IMG/VR virus record: IMGVR_UViG_3300044450_000293
Span: 1 to 26,211 of that record
DNA from: a virus
Lineage: Duplodnaviria; Caudoviricetes
Direction: 5' to 3' (one strand)
Length of the DNA: 26,211 bases
Positions 17,290 through 25,294 of this stretch are shown piece after piece (the first letter of the stretch is position 1; every line of letters starts with the position of its first letter). Both the position numbers and the translations under genes were made by a program. Below the pieces are notes generated by a model. The model was given only the letters and a program-made list of their open reading frames with translations. It was not told the origin of the DNA and made no database searches.

Positions 17290-18697
17290 CGGCGGGGATC
17301 CAGTCTTTGTCGAGGTCGGGCTCTGAGGGAGTTGAGGTCTCTTGCCGAGGCGGTTCTGCTGGCCGCCAATTCGACGCCGGCATGCCGTCAGCTGCATGAA
17401 GAGCCAGGGCAAGCGCCCAGAAGCGGTCGGCATGACCGTCCGGCGTGCGCTCTGCCGTGAAGCGGATGTTGCCGGCAGTCGTGACCTGTTTGGTCACCTG
17501 CCGAAGATCAGCGCGGATCTTGGGATCGTCTGGAATGCGCAGGGTGCGGTCTTCCATATTGCCACGCACTGGATAGGCGAGCGCCTCTTTGACAGGGGCA
17601 GAGAAATTGACGGCCTCGACCCGATACTTGCCGTATTTGTCCTGGGCATCATCTGCCCAGCCGATGCCAAGTCCGGTGCTGTCGATCGCGGAGCGTCTTG
17701 CGCGCTCCAGCCACGGCCAGATGATCTTTTCCTGGTCGGACTTCTTCATGTTCTGAAGACAGATCACTTCGCGGGTGAAGAAAACGTCGCCAAGCTTTTC
17801 CAGAACCCAGATGACCGTCAGGTCTTTCTTGCGACCGATATCAACACCGACAAAGAGTTCGCCGCCTTCCAGCGCCTGCCAGTTCGTGCCACCGCGATAT
17901 TCACAGGAAGTGATCAGCTCATATTCCAGGAACGCGGCTTCATCGTCGGCCGGCTCGCACTGGTATTCCTGAAGGAAGCTTTCCTCGTCAGCACAGCCGC
18001 TTTTAACCCAGTCGAAATATTCGGCCTCGGTCATCTCCTGGCGTTCATCATCTGCCGGAAGCGATTGCTGCAGCTTCCAGAGGAACCCATCGTCCAAGGC
18101 ATCCTGAAGCGTTACCCTGTGAAGACTGATCCTCTTGGGATTGCCCTTCTCGTGATACTCGCGGATTAGCCCGTTGAAGAAGCTCTTCGAACCGCGGTGC
18201 GTGGAAATCACCTCCATATTCCCGCCCCAGGTGATACCGGGATAGGCGATCGCCCAGAGCTTGCGCTGATCCGGATGGAGCGCGAACTCATCCAGAATAC
18301 GCCCGCCCCGCTTACCAGCCTGCGCATCGGGGTTGGAACTCATCGAGTTGATGCGCTTGCCGTTGGACATCCGCAGCACGTAGGCGCTGTGCTTGCCGTC
18401 CTCATCGATCGCCAGTTCGCCCAGGTCACGGGCGGCCAAATCGATCCCGCCGGCCCAGAGCTTGCAATCCTCCAGAAACAGGCGCGCCTGGATGTCATCC
18501 CGCGAAGAAACCCATTGATCGTGTTTGGCGCTGACCAGGGCGGTTCGGGAAACCGCGCCGTAAGCCGTCGACCAGGACATCCCGATCTGCCGGCTCTTTT
18601 CCATCAGCTTCAAACGGGACGTGTCATAGATCCACCGCGCCTGATACGGTAGGAAGATCGCGTCCTTTTCCTTCGGGATAACAAGCGCGCGACCCAT
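17282..18697 (-). CDS. terL: Terminase large subunit (Mu gp28-like)
   Basis: LPYQ, KSRQIG, ILDEFA, GVDIGRKKD, HADRFWALAL motifs. Confidence 0.95.
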   Translation of the reverse strand: MGRALVIPKEKDAIFLPYQARWIYDTSRLKLMEKSRQIGMSWSTAYGAVSRTALVSAKHDQWVSSRDDIQARLFLEDCKLWAGGIDLAARDLGELAIDEDGKHSAYVLRMSNGKRINSMSSNPDAQAGKRGGRILDEFALHPDQRKLWAIAYPGITWGGNMEVISTHRGSKSFFNGLIREYHEKGNPKRISLHRVTLQDALDDGFLWKLQQSLPADDERQEMTEAEYFDWVKSGCADEESFLQEYQCEPADDEAAFLEYELITSCEYRGGTNWQALEGGELFVGVDIGRKKDLTVIWVLEKLGDVFFTREVICLQNMKKSDQEKIIWPWLERARRSAIDSTGLGIGWADDAQDKYGKYRVEAVNFSAPVKEALAYPVRGNMEDRTLRIPDDPKIRADLRQVTKQVTTAGNIRFTAERTPDGHADRFWALALALHAADGMPASNWRPAEPPRQETSTPSEPDLDKDWIPADA

Positions 18698-19287
18698 CAG
18701 GCTCCCCCGACGATCCGGCGATTGATCTCCGCCATGGTGTCCTCGGAGATCCCGGCCTTCGTTGCCACTTCCGCAACCGACGCGGCCACCTCCTCAAGCT
18801 TCTTGCGCTGTTCTTCCTCAATCGAGCGGCGCAGCTCGACGGCGTCTCGCTGTGCCGAGACGGCCGCGCGGTTCGCCCGCGCCAGCGAAGCGATCTCTTT
18901 CGGGCCAAGGTTGCCTTCTGCCAGGACCTGATCAACGGCAATCTTCAGACGCTCGGAAATGGCAACCGTCATCTTGTCGGCCCCGTCCGGCCCCATGCTT
19001 TCAACCAGGGACCGGGACAGCCGCAGACGTTCGTCGTAGTCACGCCACTCACGTGCCTTGCGAACCGAATAGCGTGAGAAAGATCCTTTCGAGATCGGAC
19101 CGATGCCACGATCGGCAAGACGTGCGTTGAAGTCTTTCAGGATCGCGGTCTGAGGCCGATTGCCGTTTCTGAGTTCATCGTTCAGCCACAGCAGATCGCC
19201 GTCCGCTTCCTCGGGAAGCATCTCCAGACTGGACAAGCGGCCTCGGCCAGAGCGACGGCCGCCATCATCTTCAGAAACACCGGCCAT
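18697..19287 (-). CDS. Terminase small subunit (Mu gp27 / DUF3486-like)
   Basis: GRLSSLEMLP...ISKGSFSRY; TGATG coupling to terL; start 19287 or 19296. Confidence 0.85.
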   Translation of the reverse strand: MAGVSEDDGGRRSGRGRLSSLEMLPEEADGDLLWLNDELRNGNRPQTAILKDFNARLADRGIGPISKGSFSRYSVRKAREWRDYDERLRLSRSLVESMGPDGADKMTVAISERLKIAVDQVLAEGNLGPKEIASLARANRAAVSAQRDAVELRRSIEEEQRKKLEEVAASVAEVATKAGISEDTMAEINRRIVGGA

Positions 19288-19292
19288 GCGGT

Positions 19293-19598
19293 TCAACCCT
19301 CGTCATCCGGCCAAGCCACACCGTCGAGTGGTGACCGACGGTCAATGTGATCGCGGCCCCTTCGGGCAATGCCGGCAATCAGCTTGCCCCGATCATCGGT
19401 GATTTCGACCGCGCCCAGCTCTTCCAGCTTGCGCAGCTGGGTCCGCACCCACTCGATCGAGCGGGAGATCAGGAAACGATCCAGGATGCCCTGGATGCGC
19501 TCCTCGTGCATGTGGCCGTTAAACTCCTTGGAAAGCTCGCGCAGGATGATCAGCCGGCCGCGCTTTTCCAGATAGTCGTCATACTTGTCGCCGGTCAT
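19293..19598 (-). CDS. Mu gp26-like winged-helix protein
   Basis: RLIILREL...VRTQLRKLEELG...GRDH pattern; sits before gp27. Confidence 0.8.
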   Translation of the reverse strand: MTGDKYDDYLEKRGRLIILRELSKEFNGHMHEERIQGILDRFLISRSIEWVRTQLRKLEELGAVEITDDRGKLIAGIARRGRDHIDRRSPLDGVAWPDDEG

Positions 19599-19927
19599 GG
19601 CTGGCTCTGTCCTTTGCTCAAGAGGAAGTTTTCGATCCGCTTTACGGCGGCATGAACGCCCTTGTATTCGGCCTCTATCTTGCCGAGCAGGCCGTTCGAT
19701 TTTTCGAGCTTCAGGTTCAGCTCGTTGAAATCGTCTTTGGTCGGGAGATGGTCGACCTCGTTCTCGACCTTCTGGATGCGCCGGTCATGATCGATCAGCT
19801 TGCGTTCGTGCTTCTCGATCGTCTCACCGTTGATCCGGCTGCGGGCTGTGATCCAGGTGTAGATCATGCTGCTGATCCCCAGCAGCGCACCAACGGCTCC
19901 GAGCCACTTCTGCAAGTCGTCTAGCAC
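19595..19927 (-). CDS. DUF2730 family (Mu gp25-like) membrane-anchored coiled-coil protein
   Basis: N-terminal TM, RIQKVENEVDHLPT motif, RIENFLL end. Confidence 0.85.
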   Translation of the reverse strand: MLDDLQKWLGAVGALLGISSMIYTWITARSRINGETIEKHERKLIDHDRRIQKVENEVDHLPTKDDFNELNLKLEKSNGLLGKIEAEYKGVHAAVKRIENFLLSKGQSQP

Positions 19928-20145
19928 TTGGCCATCCTCTCAAAATCACTTTGGCAACCGGCACACCGCCGCGCCGATGGCATTGCCAACCGGCGAGGCT
20001 CAGGGATCGGGTTTTCGCAATCAACGCAGGTCGCAGACCCGGTGCCTTCAAGGCTGGCCTTCACCCTGGCAAGGCCAGCCTCCCGTTCCATCTCGACACG
20101 AGCCTCGGCAAGCTCGATGTCGAAGTTGCTGGTACCGCTCATCAA
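19921..20145 (-). CDS. TraR/DksA C4-type zinc finger protein
   Basis: CVDCENPIPEPRR...RCAGCQ. Confidence 0.92.
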   Translation of the reverse strand: MMSGTSNFDIELAEARVEMEREAGLARVKASLEGTGSATCVDCENPIPEPRRLAMPSARRCAGCQSDFERMAKC

Positions 20146-20678
20146 CCGCGTCTCATGCCTTTGATGGCGTCAGCGATCGTGGTTCCGAAGGACTTGATGG
20201 TGTGGCCACCCATGTAGAGGGCGATGAACCAGGAGGTGAGCGTCATCATCACCTCGATGTTCATGCCGGGAGCAAGATTGGTGGCCATCGTGCTGTCCAT
20301 GACAGGCACCACCATCAGGCGGATGAACCACATGAAGCCCAGGAGATACATCCAGCCCCACCGCCACCCGGTCTGCCAGCCGCCTTCCTGCTGTTCGGCC
20401 TGAAGCAAAGCGAACTGCCCCTGAAGGCCCTGCGCCCACAGCTCGATCAGCTGGGGCATGTCGTCGTCAACGCTTCTGACGGCATCCTGAAGTTGAGCGT
20501 CGGGAACGTTCGGAAGGTCCTTCGGCGTGACGCCAGCACGCTGCGCGATCTCATCGATGACACGGCCGGCCAGCTCGCCGCCGGTCTCGCCCAGGCGCTT
20601 AGACAAGACGCCTTTCACAAAATCTGCGCCGATGCTGCCGGCGACTGAAACAAGTGTTCCTGCAATTGCGGGGATCAT
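20142..20678 (-). CDS. Putative holin (3TM-type)
   Basis: Follows the endolysin; hydrophobic N-terminus and two C-terminal TM segments (GWRWGWMY..., LYMGGHTIK). Confidence 0.7.
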   Translation of the reverse strand: MIPAIAGTLVSVAGSIGADFVKGVLSKRLGETGGELAGRVIDEIAQRAGVTPKDLPNVPDAQLQDAVRSVDDDMPQLIELWAQGLQGQFALLQAEQQEGGWQTGWRWGWMYLLGFMWFIRLMVVPVMDSTMATNLAPGMNIEVMMTLTSWFIALYMGGHTIKSFGTTIADAIKGMRRG

Positions 20679-21652
20679 GATTTCCTCCCGGAGCCCTTGA
20701 GGGTGAATGACTTGAGGGTGAGCTTGAGTTCGTCCCGGTAGGTCCAGGCGAGAAAGGCGAGCGCCGCTGCGGTCAGCACAAGGCTGCCAATGAAGATCCA
20801 GTCGCCATAGCCAGATGCCGCCGCGCCCGCATCGACAGCGCCGCCACCGGCCCCAGCTGAACCGGCCGCGCCGGTGGCCGTGGACTTCCGTTTGAGATCA
20901 ATGACACGCTGGACCTGGTCGAGGGTCGCACGGCCAAGAATGCCGTCGTTGTCGAGCTGCGGATGCTGCTGCTGAAACGCGAGTATTCCTGCACGCAAGG
21001 CAGCCATGTTGTTGCGCGCGCCCGGCTTCAGGAACTTCAACTCCTCCAGCCACGATACGCCTCGCCAGAAGTCTTCCTTGCGCAGCTGCCAGACAGGAAG
21101 CGCTGCTTCGAGATCCTTCAGGGTGTTGGACGCAGGTCCTTTCACCCATGCGGGCCAGAGGTTCTGCTCAAGGATCTGCGCACCTTCCTGGCGGCGGCGA
21201 ACCAGGCCGGGCAAACGCCGGCCCTTGGACGTGGTGGCAGTCACCCGGTACCGGTTGGCCGCATCGCGAACCTTGCCGGCGATCAGGCTTTTGAACCATG
21301 ACCAGGACAAGGCGCGAGCCCCACAGTTGTAGGCCATGTCAATGGAAGCGGCGGTGGCGTGAGGTGTGACCCGGCTAGCCGAGGCTTTCAGCTTCTTCAG
21401 AACCGGCGGGGCATAGCTTTCATCGATCAGCCGCTGCAACAGTACAAGGGCATCGGCTTTGCTGATCGTGTCGCCCGGCTGCATCTTGCGGCCATGCTTG
21501 GCCAACCACCAACTGCGGAAGATCGGATCTTGCCATGTGAAGCCGAAACCGATCGTGCCGGTACCGGTCGGGTCCTTGTACCAGCGTCCAACGAAACCTT
21601 CGTTGCCACCGGTCCAGGAAACAAGGCGCGGATCGTATGTTTGGTCGAGCAT
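20675..21652 (-). CDS. Endolysin: GH24 lysozyme plus peptidoglycan-binding domain and C-terminal TM
   Basis: E-x8-D-x5-T triad (EGFVGRWYKDPTGTGT), YNCG, LPGLVRRR; FQQQH..LDNDGILGRAT. Confidence 0.9.
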   Translation of the reverse strand: MLDQTYDPRLVSWTGGNEGFVGRWYKDPTGTGTIGFGFTWQDPIFRSWWLAKHGRKMQPGDTISKADALVLLQRLIDESYAPPVLKKLKASASRVTPHATAASIDMAYNCGARALSWSWFKSLIAGKVRDAANRYRVTATTSKGRRLPGLVRRRQEGAQILEQNLWPAWVKGPASNTLKDLEAALPVWQLRKEDFWRGVSWLEELKFLKPGARNNMAALRAGILAFQQQHPQLDNDGILGRATLDQVQRVIDLKRKSTATGAAGSAGAGGGAVDAGAAASGYGDWIFIGSLVLTAAALAFLAWTYRDELKLTLKSFTLKGSGRKS

Positions 21653-21720
21653 GACAGTGCCTCGGATCGCAAGAGGCGCGCCCCAATTTCGAAAGAGGAT
21701 GACGCGCCGTGTTCGAGGTC

Positions 21721-21770
21721 AATCTGTCAGTTTAAGGGGAAAGCTATCACCCGCGCGGGCGCGCGGATGA
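21721..21770 (-). promoter_or_regulatory. Putative activator-dependent lysis promoter (Plys-like)
   Basis: Dyad TCACCCGCGC-gggc-GCGCGGATGA at 21747-21770; -10-like CAGATT at 21726-21721 at the same spacing as the other two copies. Confidence 0.7.
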
Positions 21771-21774
21771 CTGG

Positions 21775-22149
21775 TCAAGTTCCGGTTTCGGAGAACAAAT
21801 CAAGCTGGGTTTTGCTGTCTCTCGACGGAAGCAACTGGCGGACTTTGGCAACGTCCATCCGAACCACTCTGGCGATCTCGGCGTTGCTGTGGCCCTGCAC
21901 GCGCATCACTTGCGCGCACCATTGTTTTGCCAACGGCACTTTGTAATACCCGTAGCCCAGCACGCTGACAAGCCTGTCCACCTTGTCAGCGCCGATTGTT
22001 CTGGCCGTCATCGAACGCGGTGTCGAATGCTTTGGCAGATAAACGTCAGCTCCCCCCATGGAGAGGAACAGCGCCAGGGCACCTTCAACACCGAGCGCCT
22101 CCACATACGGCGCGACATGCGCGGGCGGATCTGGAAACTCGACGCTCAT
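21775..22149 (-). CDS. Mor/C-family late transcription activator
   Basis: LGVEGALALF..MGGADVYLP motif, C-terminal HTH (SNAEIARVVRM) and QLDLF; between GemA and lysis genes, as for Mu C. Confidence 0.8.
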   Translation of the reverse strand: MSVEFPDPPAHVAPYVEALGVEGALALFLSMGGADVYLPKHSTPRSMTARTIGADKVDRLVSVLGYGYYKVPLAKQWCAQVMRVQGHSNAEIARVVRMDVAKVRQLLPSRDSKTQLDLFSETGT

Positions 22150-22781
22150 TTCTTCACCGCCCGGTAGAGCTTGCCGAGCCGGTTCATGGTCTGGATCCAG
22201 TCGTTGGAATTAAACGTGCCGGGATCGTCCCTGCCACAGCAGGCAACCATGTAAGTCGTCAGCGTCTTCATAGGAGCTTTGTCCAACCTGACCAGCTCCG
22301 CCCAGATGTGCAAACAGACCTGGAACCGGAAATCATTCAGCAGCGGCGACTGGTTTTGATCCTGGGTGAACAGATCGTAGTTCTGTGTCGCCCGGCGGAT
22401 CCAGAGTTTCAGGGCATCGATCGCTTTGTTCGCTGCCTTGCCGTCCTGAAGGAACCGGTGATGATCGAGGCCTGTCTGCCGCTTCAGGAAGGCGATCATG
22501 GCCTCATCGCTCTTGTTGGCGATGACACCGAGATTGTGACCGGCGATCCAAAGCGCCTGCAGCTTCTTGGCGTATTTGCCTGTTGCCCTCTTGCCCTGGG
22601 CCGCATTGGGATCTTGTTCGGGAAGGAGTTTCTGCAGGGCGGAAATGACCTGAAGCTGCTCGGCCTGCGCCATGCCCTTGCAGGATCGTTTCCCGGTCTC
22701 CCGCTCAAGCAGGTCTCGATAGGTGTCATCGTCCAGGTTGGCGTTTCTTTTGAGGGCGTGGATCTTGGCGTAGGCGTTCAT
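22146..22781 (-). CDS. gemA: GemA / Mu gp16 (DUF1018) family protein, 211 aa
   Basis: KIHALKR..NLDDDTYRDLL...TGKRSCK, KLQALW, IDALK.W; start MNAYAK by ATGA overlap. Confidence 0.88.
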   Translation of the reverse strand: MNAYAKIHALKRNANLDDDTYRDLLERETGKRSCKGMAQAEQLQVISALQKLLPEQDPNAAQGKRATGKYAKKLQALWIAGHNLGVIANKSDEAMIAFLKRQTGLDHHRFLQDGKAANKAIDALKLWIRRATQNYDLFTQDQNQSPLLNDFRFQVCLHIWAELVRLDKAPMKTLTTYMVACCGRDDPGTFNSNDWIQTMNRLGKLYRAVKK

Positions 22782-23008
22782 GATCCTGCCCTTTCCTTGG
22801 CGATCTCGCTGACTTCCAGAATGGCTGTCGCCGCCAGCCGCATGTAACTGGACTTCCGGCGCTTCCAATCCTCGGCAAGGCTGGTGTCGCTGTCATCGCT
22901 CAAGGGCTTCTCGATCTTGGACAGGCCGTCCAGGGTCAGCGTACTGGAGACGTGGGGGGCATGAACGCTCTTGAACATCGCAAAGGCAATTCGCTCGCAA
23001 TGGCTCAT
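22778..23008 (-). CDS. Hypothetical protein, 76 aa
   Basis: Fills the gap and is coupled to the gemA start. Confidence 0.6.
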   Translation of the reverse strand: MSHCERIAFAMFKSVHAPHVSSTLTLDGLSKIEKPLSDDSDTSLAEDWKRRKSSYMRLAATAILEVSEIAKERAGS

Positions 23009-23013
23009 CTGCT

Positions 23014-23295
23014 TCAGTCCTTGTAGGGTAAGCGGCCCTGGGCATATCCACCCACCGCACCTGCATCACCCATCGGTTCCATCCGGGCGGCTGGCTGCGG
23101 CGCGGCATTTTGCTGGGCCTCAAGTTCACGTTTCAGGAGTTCGTTGGTCACCTGCTGAAGATCGCCCAGAAGGGTCTTCCGGTTTTGCAGGCGATACCGG
23201 CTGTTCTCGGCCTTGCGCAGCAGAAGAGCACGCCGATCGCGCAAGGCCGTGGTTTCACGCAACTCAGAGCTTTCCGGGTTGGTGAGCTGGGCCAT
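23014..23295 (-). CDS. Hypothetical coiled-coil protein, 93 aa
   Basis: MAQLTNP start adjacent to the DUF3164 stop; ends RLPYKD. Confidence 0.65.
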   Translation of the reverse strand: MAQLTNPESSELRETTALRDRRALLLRKAENSRYRLQNRKTLLGDLQQVTNELLKRELEAQQNAAPQPAARMEPMGDAGAVGGYAQGRLPYKD

Positions 23296-23296
23296 G

Positions 23297-23965
23297 TCAT
23301 GCCGCCTTCGCAAGATCGATCGTGATGGTTTCCCAGTCCGCGTCTGGATGGTCGCGACGGTAGAAACGCAGGTAGCTCTTGGAGCCAGTGACACGCATGG
23401 AATCTTTCAGAGCGGCCATGGCCCGCTGCCAGCGATCATCTTCAATGTCGAGACGGAGCAGCATCAGGATCTCGGACTTGTTGATCTGCCCCTCTTTGTC
23501 CGTATTGAAAGCACGGGTGACGATGGTGCGGATCTCCGAGCGGCTGTCCGAGGACCATTCAATCAGGCATTCATCGATAAGGACCTTCGCGGTCTGGATC
23601 TCCGGGCCGAAGTCGATGAAATCGGCGACCTGCACCTGCACCTTCATGCAGCCGTCGATGGTCTGGAACGTGGTGTTGCCCTTCTTGCCGCCCTTGGTGG
23701 CGTCATACTGCTGAGCAAGCAGAGCGGTCAGTGCCAAGAGGTCCGCAAAGGTGTGATTGCGAAACCGGGCGATCTGGCCGGACAGCTCTTCGGCAAAGCC
23801 GATCACCTTGCGCACCGTCTCGTCTTCCAGCTTGTGCTGCGGCTTGACGTTTTCCAGCGGGACGAGATTGTTCCTGGCGTCCCGCATATACTTCTGGCCG
23901 TTGATGATCTCGACACCGGCTTCCGGTGCGCTCGTCACGGCGGTTTCAGTTGCTGCATTTTCCAT
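23297..23965 (-). CDS. DUF3164 family protein (Mu-like early gene)
   Basis: YMRDA...LVP..NVKP, GGKKGNTTF, FGPEIQ.AK.LIDECL.EW, SKSYLRFY motifs. Confidence 0.9.
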   Translation of the reverse strand: MENAATETAVTSAPEAGVEIINGQKYMRDARNNLVPLENVKPQHKLEDETVRKVIGFAEELSGQIARFRNHTFADLLALTALLAQQYDATKGGKKGNTTFQTIDGCMKVQVQVADFIDFGPEIQTAKVLIDECLIEWSSDSRSEIRTIVTRAFNTDKEGQINKSEILMLLRLDIEDDRWQRAMAALKDSMRVTGSKSYLRFYRRDHPDADWETITIDLAKAA

Positions 23966-24007
23966 CTTCAAAGTCCTTTTAAAGTCCCACTAAACGCCGG
24001 GAGATAC

Positions 24008-24298
24008 TCAAGCTGCTCCGCCCTCATCCGGCCCATCCGCCGGAGCGCGGATCGGGATGGAATGGACGGGCACGGGCCGTTTCGCCTTGGGAAACAGCTC
24101 GATCTTTGGGTCGGAGATATCGATCAGGACGGCTGGTTGCCGGACTGCATTGGCTTCCAGCTGCTTTGCCATCCGCACGCACTCGGTCAGAATGCAGCCG
24201 AGGGCAGCTGTCCGGTGTGCCGGCAATGTCAGTTCGCCGTAGGCGTTCTTCCGAATGTCCAGCTCGCGCGCCAGAAACTCCAGATCTTCACTGAGCAT
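24008..24298 (-). CDS. Hypothetical protein, 96 aa
   Basis: GGAGG SD; overlaps the upstream stop; fills the operon. Confidence 0.65.
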   Translation of the reverse strand: MLSEDLEFLARELDIRKNAYGELTLPAHRTAALGCILTECVRMAKQLEANAVRQPAVLIDISDPKIELFPKAKRPVPVHSIPIRAPADGPDEGGAA

Positions 24299-24671
24299 GG
24301 CTGCCTCCCTTCAAACGGGAGTGAGGACAGCGGTTCCTGCAGGCGCGGTAGAGCTTCGACCTGGTTGAGTTGGTCACCGCTTTGGGCTTCGCCTGCCAGC
24401 CAAGGCACACGTCGCGGCCAATCTCGCCGAGAACGGGACAATGGACCGTTGCGCCCATCAGAGCCCCGCGCACCTTGTCCTCAACCTTCGAAAGGTCGCC
24501 CTGGTACTTGTTGCCGATGGTCTGGCTGATCACGGCCGGAGAATACCCGAGCCGTGAAGCGCAGGCATTGAGGCCCTGGCGCTCGGCCATTTCCGCCAGC
24601 TCCGCAACCCAGTCCGGCACGCCGCCGTCCCAGGCCTTGGAGGCTTTCTGCTGCATCGAAAGCCCGTTCAT
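24288..24671 (-). CDS. HTH transcriptional regulator with a Cys-rich C-terminus
   Basis: ASRLGYSPAVISQ...KYQGD HTH; CPVLGEI...C...C...CPHS. Confidence 0.8.
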   Translation of the reverse strand: MNGLSMQQKASKAWDGGVPDWVAELAEMAERQGLNACASRLGYSPAVISQTIGNKYQGDLSKVEDKVRGALMGATVHCPVLGEIGRDVCLGWQAKPKAVTNSTRSKLYRACRNRCPHSRLKGGSHAQ

Positions 24672-25294
24672 GCCGCCACCTCGACGGCTACAGGCTTGCC
24701 CATGATTTCCTTGCGATTGGCATCATAGACCATCTTGGAGGCAAGGATCTTCGGAGCTTTCGGACCGGTATCCATGGAGGGTTTCAACCGCCAGATTGCA
24801 GGCGTTTTTGGGGATTGCTTACGGAGCGTCTGCAGATAACCGGCCTTCTCCAAGTGAGAGACATAGTCCCGCACCGTCTCGCGCTTCATGACGATCTCAT
24901 CCGTGGATGCGGCGATCGTCAGTTCGTTGGCGTCAAACGTCTTGAGTGATCTGATCGCGACCCAGATCTGATCCTGGACACGTCCCTGGCGGCCGGGCGA
25001 TCCGTCCGGATTGAGACAGGGTGTCGGCGCCGGCCGCCTCACCAACCGGTAGACACCGGTTCTCGACCGGCCGGGTTCCTTGCCAGACACCACCTCTACA
25101 ATGCCCGCCCGAACCAGCCGGCGCAGGAAGTCTGCAGCCCGGTTCGTACTGGCATCGTCACAGCGCATGGCAAGCTGCTGCAGGGTGAAATGAGCCTTGT
25201 TCTTGCCCAGGTCCCGAATGACGCTCCAGTAGTGGTCATTGCCGCGAAAGATCGGCTCACCGGCCGTCACTCTCAGTTCAAGCTGGATGGACAT
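24668..25294 (-). CDS. Tandem winged-helix protein, 208 aa
   Basis: Two repeats (W..IR.L..F.....LA ... FL/YV..L..AG); TGPKAP...VYDAN end; TGATG coupling to the B gene. Confidence 0.8.
   Translation of the reverse strand: MSIQLELRVTAGEPIFRGNDHYWSVIRDLGKNKAHFTLQQLAMRCDDASTNRAADFLRRLVRAGIVEVVSGKEPGRSRTGVYRLVRRPAPTPCLNPDGSPGRQGRVQDQIWVAIRSLKTFDANELTIAASTDEIVMKRETVRDYVSHLEKAGYLQTLRKQSPKTPAIWRLKPSMDTGPKAPKILASKMVYDANRKEIMGKPVAVEVAA

Noticed and set aside
21729-21734. TAAACT as the -10 of the lysis promoter
   Set aside because: It is 8 bp closer to the dyad than the -10 elements of the other two promoters; CAGATT matches the spacing, though TAAACT is not fully excluded
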